Counted from the stretch's first letter, positions 1 through 9,628 are shown. The stretch is DNA of 64,000 nt from Candidatus Bathyarchaeia archaeon (GCA_038727135.1 JAVYWL010000001.1:576001-640000), one strand, 5' to 3'. The notes: a model not told the origin generated them from the letters alone. Translations and numbers: made by a program.

Positions 1-121
1 TGCCACCATGCTTCGGCGTATGGGTGAATTTGAACCAGCCCGCCTAAGTGCCGAGTCTATGGAGTATACGACGTTGCCACAGATCATTGAGAAGTTGAAG
101 GAAAGGTTTACGCCAATTTAG
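1..121 (+). CDS. fbp: Fructose-1,6-bisphosphate aldolase/phosphatase (FBPase class V), C-terminal fragment
   Basis: Frame 2 reads ATMLRRMGEFEPARLSAESMEYTTLPQIIEKLKERFTPI*, matching the class V FBPase C-terminus (MRRxGxFEPxRL...MEYTTLP); truncated by window edge. Confidence 0.85.
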   Translation, partial: ATMLRRMGEFEPARLSAESMEYTTLPQIIEKLKERFTPI

Positions 122-130
122 CGACGCGGC

Positions 131-694
131 TCACTGCTGTCTTATTTTAGCTAACTCCTTGTAGCGGCTTCTCACGACCTCGTAGAGCTTACTCCGCAAC
201 TCCTCCCCAGACATTTTGCGTTCCCTTATAAGGGCCGTTTTCTTGGCAAGTTCTATGTCGCCCAACCCGGAAAACCAAGCTTCGAAGTCTCCTCGATTTA
301 GGTGGAACTCTATTGAGCCTATGTCAATTTTCTGGATTTTCTCGCAGAAGTCTCCTAGACTTGTGGCATAAACGCCTAGGGGCTTGCCTATGTCTGCATA
401 AAAGTAGAAGGCTTTGTCTAACGGGACATATTCCAAAATCTGCCTGGCTTTTTCATCATTAATTGTCGGCAAGCCTAGGGTTTCTCGTCCCTTTTCGGTT
501 ATAGTGTAGTATCCTTTCTCCACAGCCTTAACATAACCCATTTTTGTTAGACCAAGCATGTGCATCATAACCGTTGGAAAGCCTAGCCCAACCTCCTCCG
601 CCACTTCCATAGGTTTTACAGGCTTGTTTAGCATCCATACGGTTTCAAGAATAAGCTTTTTAACAGGAGACAAACTCACAGTGTTACCCCTCAT
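131..694 (-). CDS. Winged-helix protein fused to DUF5752-like domain
   Basis: N-terminal wHTH (EVAEEVGL...YYTITEKG); C-terminal AFYFY..IG...ATSL.DF...SIEFHL.RGDFEAW typical of DUF5752. Confidence 0.7.
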   Translation of the reverse strand: MRGNTVSLSPVKKLILETVWMLNKPVKPMEVAEEVGLGFPTVMMHMLGLTKMGYVKAVEKGYYTITEKGRETLGLPTINDEKARQILEYVPLDKAFYFYADIGKPLGVYATSLGDFCEKIQKIDIGSIEFHLNRGDFEAWFSGLGDIELAKKTALIRERKMSGEELRSKLYEVVRSRYKELAKIRQQ

Positions 695-809
695 TTTCTA
701 TATTTTGATGAGTTCAGCTTTTCAGACTTTCGCTCAACAACCCCCCTTGACCGCTTAAAACGGATAATTTATAGAGAATGCTCGTGAATAGAATAATTAG
801 GGTCTGAGT

Positions 810-1613
810 TTGACTGTGGAAAGGCTTTCCACTGGAGTGCCAGCCCTCGATAAAATGCTTTCTGGCGGGATTCCTAGGGGGTTTTCTGTGGCTGTTACTG
901 GCGAGCCTGGCACCGGCAAGACTATCCTCTGCATTCATTTTATTGCACAGGGCATAGTTGACGGTGACAAGTGTATTTATGTTACAACCGAGGAGAGCCG
1001 CGAGTCTATAATAACTCAAGCCAGCCAGTTTGGCTTTGACTTTTCTTCAGCTATAAAGGATGGCAAATTAATATTGATTGACGCGTTGATGGGAACTGAG
1101 GACCAGTGGACGATTAAGGCGTTAAGTGTTGAGGAGCTTGTGAACAAGGTTATTGAGGCTAAGAAGGCTTTAGGCTATGGGAGAGCCCGTCTAGTTATTG
1201 ATTCGCTTTCAGCTTTTTGGCTTGACAAGCCGGCCATGGCGAGGCGCCATTCATACTTTGTAAAGAAGGTTCTTGCCAAATGGGACTTCACAATTTTGGC
1301 GACTTCACAGTATGCCATAACCACTTCCGAGGCTTTCGGCTGGGGAGTTGAGCATATAGCCGACGGCATAATAAGGTTTAGGCGTTTCGTCAGAAACGGG
1401 GTTTTGAGGCGTTATGTACTTGTGGAAAAGATGAGGCAGACACCTCACAGTCTCCAAATGCACGAAATCACCATAGAGCATGGAAAAGGACTGGTAATCC
1501 TCGGACCAGTCGAAGAACGGAGAGAAGACATAGCCCTTCCAAGAAAAGTTATGGAGAGAATACAAAAAGCAATGGAGAGACGGGATGTCGAACCCCCAAA
1601 GCCTAACGATTGA
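810..1613 (+). CDS. KaiC-like RecA-superfamily ATPase (PAE1156-type archaeal single-domain KaiC)
   Basis: STG...LD.ML.GGIP, Walker A GEPGTGKT, TTEE, RLVIDS, EKMR motifs. Confidence 0.9.
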   Translation: MTVERLSTGVPALDKMLSGGIPRGFSVAVTGEPGTGKTILCIHFIAQGIVDGDKCIYVTTEESRESIITQASQFGFDFSSAIKDGKLILIDALMGTEDQWTIKALSVEELVNKVIEAKKALGYGRARLVIDSLSAFWLDKPAMARRHSYFVKKVLAKWDFTILATSQYAITTSEAFGWGVEHIADGIIRFRRFVRNGVLRRYVLVEKMRQTPHSLQMHEITIEHGKGLVILGPVEERREDIALPRKVMERIQKAMERRDVEPPKPND

Positions 1614-2478
1614 GCACTATTCAAGGGCTGAAGTGCAAAAGGAAATAGCTGAATTCTGCAAGGGAAGATGGATGGCAGCCCACTGCATTGACGAGTCTGG
1701 AAAGCTTGTCTTTAGGCGTTATTTAGGCGGCAAACCAATGGCGATTAAAAGCGAAGAGGAATTCGCAACACTTTTGAAAAGGTTAAGGAACACAGCAAGA
1801 GCCTTTTACGCCACTGCCAACAAGTACCCAACGGTGGAGCATATAGAAGACGTTGATTTTTCAAAAGCCTATCGTTGTACTCCAACATGGGATATTGACG
1901 GGACGCTACAGAACTGGAGAGAAACTATTGCCGTCGCAAGAGAAATTCTCTCCGTCCTAAAGAATGAGGGTGTGGAAAAGTCTATTTATGTTAAGTGGTC
2001 TGGGAACGGCTGCCACATTCATATTCATGAGGACGCCATATCAGAGGCGGTACTTAACAAAGCGCACCCGTTAGACTTTGCCTATGCTATTGTGGAATAC
2101 ATAAATACCAAGGCGATGCCGAAAATAATCGAAAGTCTAAGGGCTGAAAATGTAAAAGTTGAGAATAGAATGGATGCCGGCAGAGTTTTCACATGCCCCT
2201 TAAGTCTCCACCGCCAACTTGACGTTGTATGTGTCTGCCTAAAACCACACGAGGTTGACAGTTTCTCCCCTGAATGGATTCAAACATCAAGCTTTAGGCA
2301 TAACCTTGCGTGGCGGGACTTCCAAAAAGGGGAGGCTGACGCTTTAGCCCTAAAAGCCTACGAAGCTGTGGGCGGCTACAGAATGTTGACTGGCAAAAGG
2401 CGAAAAGCAAAAAGTAGGAGACTCGACCAGCAGATAAATGAGTGGCTGCAAAAGTTTAAGCGGCTTAGTCCAGCCTAA
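1585..2478 (+). CDS. Archaeo-eukaryotic primase (AEP/PriS-like) domain protein
   Basis: Motif I TWDID, motif II SGNGCHIH, motif III-like D..RVFTCPLSLH; overlaps KaiC gene end. Confidence 0.7.
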   Translation: MSNPQSLTIEHYSRAEVQKEIAEFCKGRWMAAHCIDESGKLVFRRYLGGKPMAIKSEEEFATLLKRLRNTARAFYATANKYPTVEHIEDVDFSKAYRCTPTWDIDGTLQNWRETIAVAREILSVLKNEGVEKSIYVKWSGNGCHIHIHEDAISEAVLNKAHPLDFAYAIVEYINTKAMPKIIESLRAENVKVENRMDAGRVFTCPLSLHRQLDVVCVCLKPHEVDSFSPEWIQTSSFRHNLAWRDFQKGEADALALKAYEAVGGYRMLTGKRRKAKSRRLDQQINEWLQKFKRLSPA

Positions 2479-3557
2479 CCTAATCTTCCTATAGCCTCGC
2501 CACGGACGGTTTTGCGGAAAGTCGTGCTTTCTTTCGCTAGTCTTTCCATACTCGCTTCTGTAACAATTTCGACTTTTGGAAGTTTATCGCCATAAACTTC
2601 CAAAAACCTGTTTTTTAGTTCTCCTTCAATGTCAAGCTCCTTAATCCTTTGAAAGCTCCATTTGTTAGCAAGCTCCATTACCCCCTTTTTGCCATACTTG
2701 CAGAAGACTGCTGTTATCAGTGCTGTTACAAGCGCTTTTTCAGACATTACGGCTATTTCAGCCTCTCTTATGGCGTACTCATTGCCATTAAAGGATATTG
2801 TTAAGCCGCCCCCGTTACGCACTGTTTTGAAGGCTTCGTTGTCTGTTATGCTGTCGCCAACATAAACCACTTCTGACATGCTCATGCCCAACTTTTCGGC
2901 TATTCGCCTAACCGCCTCGGCTTTTTCCCGCCCGCCGATTGGATTGACCTCTTCGAAAATTTTGCCTATTTCCATTTTGGCAATTTCTTCCCAGAAGATT
3001 TCATCAAGCCTTTTTATGACTTGCTGGTGCTGTTTTGGAAAGTCTCTGATGGAGCTTGCCCCCTTCGGAATTTCAACAACTGGCATTTTGGCAATTTCCG
3101 CCGCCAGTTCTCTAAGCTTATCCTGTTCCTTCTGGCTGAGCGAGTATTTGTCAACTTTCACCCTCGTGCAGTAGGCGTTCTTAAATGGAAAGTCTATGGC
3201 TTTGCACAGCGCCCTAACATAATGCTCGTAGCTTGTGCTTACAATAAACGCGTGAGCAACCCCTTGGATGAACGCTAAACTCTCTTTTACATTTGAGATT
3301 AGCACAAGGTTGTTAGCCGAAAAACTCCGCATTTTGTGGTCTGTGACGCCATAAGCCCTAAGGAAGGGCAGTATAAGCTTCAGCGTATCTCCAGCCTTGT
3401 AACCGGGCTTTTTAATGACATCGGCAAGCACGTCGTCATATCTACTTATGACGGTGAAAATGTGCTCGCCGTTGGGCACGTAATGGGCTGTCAGTTCGAA
3501 GGCATTATCATTTTTTGAAATTGGTCCTTCACAGTCTGATATGAAAACTTTTTTCAT
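2475..3557 (-). CDS. HAD-superfamily phosphohydrolase (EhaR/COG4030-like)
   Basis: N-terminal DCEGP, STSY, GDSITD motifs; ATGA overlap with purD stop. Confidence 0.75.
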   Translation of the reverse strand: MKKVFISDCEGPISKNDNAFELTAHYVPNGEHIFTVISRYDDVLADVIKKPGYKAGDTLKLILPFLRAYGVTDHKMRSFSANNLVLISNVKESLAFIQGVAHAFIVSTSYEHYVRALCKAIDFPFKNAYCTRVKVDKYSLSQKEQDKLRELAAEIAKMPVVEIPKGASSIRDFPKQHQQVIKRLDEIFWEEIAKMEIGKIFEEVNPIGGREKAEAVRRIAEKLGMSMSEVVYVGDSITDNEAFKTVRNGGGLTISFNGNEYAIREAEIAVMSEKALVTALITAVFCKYGKKGVMELANKWSFQRIKELDIEGELKNRFLEVYGDKLPKVEIVTEASMERLAKESTTFRKTVRGEAIGRLG

Positions 3558-4966
3558 TTGCGTTTTCTAAGCGCCTCCATGTGGTGTATGCTTTTTTCTA
3601 TGTGCCGTTTTGAGGCTATGTCTGTTCTATGCCACAAGGCTCCACCTTTTATGGCTTTGATTCCCTCTAAAGAAATGTTTCTAGCGTCCTCTATGGTTTC
3701 GCCTACGCCAACAACACAAACAGCCCTTGACTTCAAAGCGTAGGTCTCACCGTTGCGGAGCTCCATAGAAGCCGGATAAACACGAATCCTATCGCCATAC
3801 TTTTTGCTAAGCTCATAGGCTTTTGTTAGGTCTACTGGCTTATCTATTTCCGCCTTTTCCACGCGGTCTGGGAAAGCTTCTGCATAACCGCCATAGCTAG
3901 GCGGCACCTTATAGGTTACCACAGTTGCAGCCTTTTCAACCTCTACACGGGTTAAGTTTCCATCAAGAATTTTGAAGCATACATCCACAAAATCATCCTT
4001 CAAAATTGGCAGAATGTTGATTATTTCCGGGTCGCCGGGGCGGCTGTTGTTCTCAAGGATTTTTGGCTCCTTGCCGGTGTGCATAAAAGCCACGTAGAAT
4101 GGGATGCCTCTTAAGGCGTTGTTGTCTGAAGCTCGCCATTTGCTAAAAATTTTGTTAACTATTTCCAGTTCTTTTTCTCTGTCCGCGGCGGTCATGAAGG
4201 GCAACACTTCGCCAGCGTCCTTATAGGAGCCCATGCCGCCAGTGTTTGGACCTTTATCATCGTCGAAGGCACGCTTATAATCCCTCGTTTCTGGAAGTGG
4301 AACCAGGTGTTTTCCGTCGCAGAAAGCTTGGAAGCTGGATTCCTCGCCTTCAATCTTCTCTTCAACGATAACAGCGCCGTGCCTTAGGTTTTCCCAAAAA
4401 TGTTCAAAAAGCTGTTCGCGAGTGGTGAAGTGGTCTCCCCATACGCCTACACCTTTGCCAGCTGCTGGCTTGTCTGGCTTAACAACAGCCATATTTCCAA
4501 GTTCGTCAAGCCACTTGTAAAGGGCTTTACGGACATCTTCCAGTGTTTTGTATTCTTCTGGGCGGAAGATTTTGAATCGGGGATTCACTTCTGGAACAGT
4601 CTCCTGGAAGAGTAGACGCTGTTGGACTTTGCTAGCTTCTATGGCGTACTCTTTTGTCGGGCAAATCATTGGTATGCCAACACGTTTCTCAACAAGGTCG
4701 CGGACACCCTCAATTATGGGCTTTTCCGGACCCACTATACCAAAGTCTACGCGGTCTTTGTGGGCTTCGGCGAATTTGCATATTGCATCAACATTCAAGT
4801 CTGGTATAACAGCGTGTGCAACTGCGTTTTTCACGTTAAATGGGTTTCGCTGCTTGTCGGCAACGTAAACCTCAACTTTGTAGTTTGTGCTCCGCAAGAA
4901 AGCGTCAACCATCGCCACCTCGCGAGCACCATAAGAAACAACCAGTATGCCGACTCTTTCGACCAA
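3554..4966 (-). CDS. purD: Phosphoribosylamine--glycine ligase
   Basis: GARE, VGPE, GKGV, EE.IEGEE.S, DYKRAFDDDKGPNTGGMG, ENNSRPGDPE. Confidence 0.93.
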   Translation of the reverse strand: MVERVGILVVSYGAREVAMVDAFLRSTNYKVEVYVADKQRNPFNVKNAVAHAVIPDLNVDAICKFAEAHKDRVDFGIVGPEKPIIEGVRDLVEKRVGIPMICPTKEYAIEASKVQQRLLFQETVPEVNPRFKIFRPEEYKTLEDVRKALYKWLDELGNMAVVKPDKPAAGKGVGVWGDHFTTREQLFEHFWENLRHGAVIVEEKIEGEESSFQAFCDGKHLVPLPETRDYKRAFDDDKGPNTGGMGSYKDAGEVLPFMTAADREKELEIVNKIFSKWRASDNNALRGIPFYVAFMHTGKEPKILENNSRPGDPEIINILPILKDDFVDVCFKILDGNLTRVEVEKAATVVTYKVPPSYGGYAEAFPDRVEKAEIDKPVDLTKAYELSKKYGDRIRVYPASMELRNGETYALKSRAVCVVGVGETIEDARNISLEGIKAIKGGALWHRTDIASKRHIEKSIHHMEALRKRK

Positions 4967-5009
4967 GACATGCCACCTTTCTATATTAAAATGCTAAACG
5001 CGGAGGACT

Positions 5010-6530
5010 CTAATCTATTTTGTCACTAACCGCATCAACCAGTTCTGGAATTTCGTAAAGCCTTCCGGTCTCCTCAACCCCTTCTAAAAACCTCTTCTTC
5101 ATTTCGTCTGCAATTTTTTGAGCTAGCGGCGTTGGATACTCGCCGGTCAAACAACCCAAGCATAACTCTTCTCTTCTAAAACCGGTGGCTCTAACAAGCC
5201 CCTCTATCGACTGGTAGCAAACAGCATCAGCTCCTATAATTTTAGCTATTTCTTCTGGTGTGTGCTTTGCGCCTATCAGCTGCCCATAGGTTGCCATGTC
5301 TATCCCGTAAAAGCATGGACCAATTATTCGTGGAAAAGTCACAAACAAGTAAACCTTTTTGGCGCCCATTCTGCGAAGCTTCTCCACAGTAATCCGCGTT
5401 GTGTCGCCTCGAACAATGCTGTCATCCACCACTATAACCCTTTTACCCTTCACCTTTGAGGCTAAAATGTTAATTTTCTTGTCTATGGTGGCGTAGCGCT
5501 CCTTATTAAGCAGTATAAACGCGCGCTCAGTCACATAGCGATGCCTGCGGGTCGCCCTCTCCCACCTTAAACCAGACTCTTCATGAACCCCCAGCGCCGC
5601 ATCATCGCCGGTCTCCGGCATAGAGATAACCATGTCCGCATCCTTAACAATGTCCGGGTTTTCCCTCACAAGGTTTCTCCCAAACTCCTCGCGGATTTCA
5701 TAAACATACTTCTTGTCAAAAATGGAGTCTGGTCTGGCAAAATAGGCAAACTCAAAGGCGCAGAAGGCTTTCCGTTCAGAACGCATAAGCCTTTCACGTT
5801 TAAACCCGTTTTCAGAGACAGTTATGAACTCACCGGGCTCAACCTCAAAATCTCGGCATAAACCGTTTATGTCTAAACCAACAGTTTCAGAAGAAAAAGC
5901 ATACGTCTTCCCATCATCGCTGTGACCAGCACAAAGAGGCCTTATACCATGAGGGTCCTTAAAAGCAAAAAACTCGCCTTCCCCAGTTATTCCTGCAACC
6001 GAAAAGGCGCCCTCAATTTCTTGCATGCAATTTTTCACAGCGGCGGCGAGGTCTTTGCTTTTAGCAAGTTCTATCATCAGTTTGTGGCAGATAAGGTCGG
6101 CGTCGCACTCATAAGAAAAATTATGGAATTCCTTTGAAATCTCTCTTTTAAGCTGAAAAGTATTTACAACATTACCATTAAAGGAGATAGCCACCCTCAA
6201 ACCATTTTTAGAAGCAGTTACGGGCTGAGTGCCCCTTATCAAAGACTTATCATCAGTCTTCCCAGAAGTTGTATACCTAACATTACCTATTCCGATATGC
6301 CCCGGCAGACGCCCAAACCACTCTTGAATAGCGCTTGTCTTAATCTTCGGCACGAGGTCCAAGCTTCTATGAACGTAGAATTTTCCATCAGCATATGTGA
6401 GAAAACCGTGGGACTGGTGTCCCCTATGGTTTTGGGCCCTCAAACCCCAATATACGTATGGAAATATGGGTTGTCGTTCAAAGTTTATTGCGCCGAAGAC
6501 CCCGCACGCTATTTTTAGGTTTTCTCCCAT
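5010..6530 (-). CDS. purF: Amidophosphoribosyltransferase
   Basis: Propeptide then CGVFG (Ntn Cys), HRGHQS, RYTTSG, VDDSIVRGDT PRPP loop, Fe-S cysteines (CAFE, PCFYGID, CLGC). Confidence 0.95.
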   Translation of the reverse strand: MGENLKIACGVFGAINFERQPIFPYVYWGLRAQNHRGHQSHGFLTYADGKFYVHRSLDLVPKIKTSAIQEWFGRLPGHIGIGNVRYTTSGKTDDKSLIRGTQPVTASKNGLRVAISFNGNVVNTFQLKREISKEFHNFSYECDADLICHKLMIELAKSKDLAAAVKNCMQEIEGAFSVAGITGEGEFFAFKDPHGIRPLCAGHSDDGKTYAFSSETVGLDINGLCRDFEVEPGEFITVSENGFKRERLMRSERKAFCAFEFAYFARPDSIFDKKYVYEIREEFGRNLVRENPDIVKDADMVISMPETGDDAALGVHEESGLRWERATRRHRYVTERAFILLNKERYATIDKKINILASKVKGKRVIVVDDSIVRGDTTRITVEKLRRMGAKKVYLFVTFPRIIGPCFYGIDMATYGQLIGAKHTPEEIAKIIGADAVCYQSIEGLVRATGFRREELCLGCLTGEYPTPLAQKIADEMKKRFLEGVEETGRLYEIPELVDAVSDKID

Positions 6531-6720
6531 GTGCGGGGATAGAGAAAAGCCTCTTTATCAACTTTTAGAACAAGTTTAAATCAAATCCTTGAAAGCCGAA
6601 TCATCGTTAGAAAATCCCTAAAAAGGGACAAAAATCCTGGAGGAGGGGAGGGCAAAATAAGGGTAAGAACACAACCAAATTTCACATAGACCGCTCTTGG
6701 AAATCACTAGAGGGGGTAGC

Positions 6721-6750
6721 CAATTTAGGCTTTTTTCACAACCTAAATTG
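6721..6750 (-). terminator. Hairpin directly after aspS stop (start of dispersed intergenic element)
   Basis: 9-bp inverted repeat CAATTTAGG...CCTAAATTG. Confidence 0.4.
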
Positions 6751-8070
6751 TCATGGCGTGAGCCTAAACTTGTCTCTGGGATAAAGCGTGACCTCGCGGA
6801 TGTTCTTCTTCCCCGTCAACATCATAGTAAGCCTCTCCAAACCAATAGCCCAACCAGCATGAGGTGGCATGCCATAATCAAAAGCCTGCAAATGATACTT
6901 GAAGGATTCTGGGTTTAACCCTTTCTCCTTCAACCGTTTCATCAGAAGCTCTTTTGAGGCGATTCTGGTTCCGCCAGAAGAAAGCTCAATCCAACGCCAC
7001 ATAAGATCAAATCCCTCACAGATTTCGGGATTATCATCCCTAGGCTTTATGTAGAAAGCCTTAGACCTTGTCGGCCAGTCTGTAATAAAGTAGAAGTATG
7101 GATGAATTTTGCCCAGTGTTCTGAAGGCCGGTGTTGGTATGTCCTCACCCCAAGGAATCTTTATGCCTTCCTTCTTCAGGTCTTCAAGTACTTGGTCATA
7201 GGTCAAGCGTTTAAATGGGATTTCAGGTACATCCACTTGATGATTTAAAGTTGCCAACTCCCTTTGACATTTTTCGCGGACAACTTTGCATGTGTGCTGC
7301 ATAAGCTGCTCCAACAACTGCATAACATCCTCAGCCGAGGCAAAAGCTTGCTCAATGTCTATTGAAACAAATTCGCTTAAGTGCCGTCTCGTATGGGACT
7401 CCTCAGCTCTGAAAAAGGGGCCTATTTCAAAGACTTTTTCGAGGCTCATGACCAACTGTTCCTTGTAAAGTTGGGGGCTTTGCGCGAGAAAAGCCTTCTT
7501 TTCGAAATAGTCCACTGGGAAAAGTGCTGCGCCACCTTCCGTGGCCGAGGCAATTATACGTGGAGTGTGAACTTCTATGAACCCTCTTTCGAAGAGGAAG
7601 CTGCGTATTGCCTCGACAGCTGTGTGCTGAATCTTAAAGATGGCTATGTTTTCTTCGCGGCAAAGGTCTAGTGCGCGGGCGTCAAGCCGAACCTCCAACT
7701 GGGCGGGTACTTTCCCTGTAATGTCAATCGGCAACTGCGCTGCTGCAGTGCTGAAAATTCTAATCTCCTTCGGTATAACTTCGACTCCTCTAGGTGTAAT
7801 CTCGGTTTTGTTTACAATCCCCTTCACGCCTATGCTATATCTTCTCTGCAAAACATCAGACTTCGATAAAACTTCGCCACTCACCTTCTTCCTTGGAATG
7901 GTTATCTGCACGGTGCCTTCGCGGTCCTGCAATATTATAAAGCGGATTCCGCCCAAATCCCTAATTTCTTGAACCCAGCCAAAAAGAGTGACCTCTTGCC
8001 CATCAAGTTCAGGTCGTACCTCAACAGAGTAGTGGGTTCTCCGCCAGTCCCCAATAGGGTCAAGTTTCAT
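6751..8070 (-). CDS. aspS: Aspartate--tRNA ligase, archaeal type, probably non-discriminating
   Basis: GWV.E.RDLGG OB fold, ATEGG, LAQSPQLYK, FRAE, GMPPHAGWAIGLER; Pro in the TPRGVE loop suggests ND type. Confidence 0.95.
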   Translation of the reverse strand: MKLDPIGDWRRTHYSVEVRPELDGQEVTLFGWVQEIRDLGGIRFIILQDREGTVQITIPRKKVSGEVLSKSDVLQRRYSIGVKGIVNKTEITPRGVEVIPKEIRIFSTAAAQLPIDITGKVPAQLEVRLDARALDLCREENIAIFKIQHTAVEAIRSFLFERGFIEVHTPRIIASATEGGAALFPVDYFEKKAFLAQSPQLYKEQLVMSLEKVFEIGPFFRAEESHTRRHLSEFVSIDIEQAFASAEDVMQLLEQLMQHTCKVVREKCQRELATLNHQVDVPEIPFKRLTYDQVLEDLKKEGIKIPWGEDIPTPAFRTLGKIHPYFYFITDWPTRSKAFYIKPRDDNPEICEGFDLMWRWIELSSGGTRIASKELLMKRLKEKGLNPESFKYHLQAFDYGMPPHAGWAIGLERLTMMLTGKKNIREVTLYPRDKFRLTP

Positions 8071-8083
8071 TGCTTCACGCCCG

Positions 8084-8611
8084 CTAGTCCGTAAACTCAA
8101 CACGCAACGTCATGTTGCGAACTTTACGGGCAATCTCCTTTAAAGCCCTTACATCGAAGGGTGGTTGCCTTCCACCCCTCTTCCTCAAAATAACACGAGT
8201 TTCAGTTGTTCCATCCGGAAGCCAAATAGTGTTTATGGTGACTATGCTTAAAGGTGCAAACAAGTCCTCCAAAAACTTTCTATCGTCAACTCCATACTCC
8301 AAAACCCTTATGGACTTTCCAGTCTTCTCCCCCAAAGCCTTAATTATTTTCCCACCATACCCGAGAAGGCGGGGGACATCCCCCTTACCAACAAGAATGG
8401 CTAAAGTTTTTCCAGCATCCACAGCCTTATAAAAATAAACATTCTGGAGGGAAGGATAAGTTTCCTCTAACGAAAGAAGTAAGCGGGCAATTTTCAAATC
8501 AAGCTCCGACACTTCGCCAGACTTAACCTTCTCTGAACACTTTTGGCATAAGATTCCACTCTTTAAGCAGAAACTACACAACACTGTCTTCACTAAGGGA
8601 ATGCCCTCCAC
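8084..8611 (-). CDS. NusA-like KH protein with N-terminal Zn finger (archaeal NusA2 type)
   Basis: CSFCLKSGILCQKC; KH motif LLGYGGKII; FLEDLFAP..I..IN.IWLPDG. Confidence 0.8.
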   Translation of the reverse strand: MEGIPLVKTVLCSFCLKSGILCQKCSEKVKSGEVSELDLKIARLLLSLEETYPSLQNVYFYKAVDAGKTLAILVGKGDVPRLLGYGGKIIKALGEKTGKSIRVLEYGVDDRKFLEDLFAPLSIVTINTIWLPDGTTETRVILRKRGGRQPPFDVRALKEIARKVRNMTLRVEFTD

Positions 8612-8658
8612 AAATAAAGGAGGGGCGGCGGAGCTTTGGAAAGTTCAGCCGCAGCGTT

Positions 8659-8937
8659 TCAGCGTTCCAGCGTTATCTCGATGGTGCTGACGTTTGTAGG
8701 CGTGCCACCCTCTTCTCTGGGTGCCACCTGCTCAGTTCCGATACCTACTTTCTTAACTTTAACGTCTGGTAGGAATCGGCGCCTAACGACCTCAACGACG
8801 TCAACAGCTCGGCTTATGGCTCTCCCTCTTGCCTTAATATTTACCTCTTTTGCTCCGCCGTGGAAGAGGGTTATGCAAGCCAGTACATAGTTCATTACTG
8901 GCTTCTTCCCGATCAACACTGAGTTGCTTTCAGACAT
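8659..8937 (-). CDS. albA: DNA/RNA-binding protein Alba
   Basis: [30 protein letters not shown]. Confidence 0.97.
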   Translation of the reverse strand: MSESNSVLIGKKPVMNYVLACITLFHGGAKEVNIKARGRAISRAVDVVEVVRRRFLPDVKVKKVGIGTEQVAPREEGGTPTNVSTIEITLER

Positions 8938-9150
8938 TTTGGACCGCCTCACTCCTTGTTTCCACTTTTTCTATGGCTTCATAACCATTTTTATCCATAA
9001 ATAAATACATTACGGTTTTAACTTCTACCGTAGCCTTAAAACCCACGCGTTCGAAAGCTAAACAAGATAAGAACTTGCTAAATGCTTAAATAACCCATAC
9101 TATTGTAAACACACTCTAACGCTGCAACGGCATTTAAGAAGTGTTAAAAC

Positions 9151-9609
9151 TTGGAAACATTAACAAGACGCTCAATCCAACTGCTCCGGATGCTATATGA
9201 AAAGGGAAAATCAACAAGCACATACACCCTGCACGCCAGACAAAGCGACCTAGCAAAAGAATTAGGCATAAGCAGACAAGCACTAAACCTCCACCTGAAA
9301 AAGCTCAGAGACCTAAACTACATAAGAACAGGAAGAGGATTCATAGACGTAACTGAAAAAGGATTAAACGCCTTAGGAATATCATCAGCACCAGCCTTCA
9401 TATTCATTAAGGTTTACCCGCCTAAAAGAAGCGAAGTCTACGAAAAAATTAGGGAAACAGTCGTGCAAAAAGCTTTTAGAGTTGCAGGCGACGTTGACGC
9501 CGTACTAATAGTTGAAAGGGATAAACTCCACGAAGTTTTAAGGAAACTGTCCGCAATTGAAGGCATAAAAGATACAAAATCCTACGTCGCGATAGAATCC
9601 ATAAAATGA
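9151..9609 (+). CDS. Lrp/AsnC-type wHTH transcriptional regulator
   Basis: QSDLAKELGISRQALN HTH; C-terminal RAM-like VAGDVD...IEGIKDTKSY. Confidence 0.75.
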   Translation: METLTRRSIQLLRMLYEKGKSTSTYTLHARQSDLAKELGISRQALNLHLKKLRDLNYIRTGRGFIDVTEKGLNALGISSAPAFIFIKVYPPKRSEVYEKIRETVVQKAFRVAGDVDAVLIVERDKLHEVLRKLSAIEGIKDTKSYVAIESIK

Positions 9610-9628
9610 AACGTGAGGTATTTTAGAA

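Noticed and set aside
704-750. TTGATGA...CAGA as another C/D sRNA
   Set aside because: No C' box, no proper D box or terminal stem; lies in a divergent promoter region.
6695-6720. Replication origin suggested by an ORB-like TGGAAAT...GGGGGT
   Set aside because: Only one loose match, no inverted ORB pair, no clear AT-rich unwinding element and no orc1/cdc6 nearby; kept only as part of the repeat finding.
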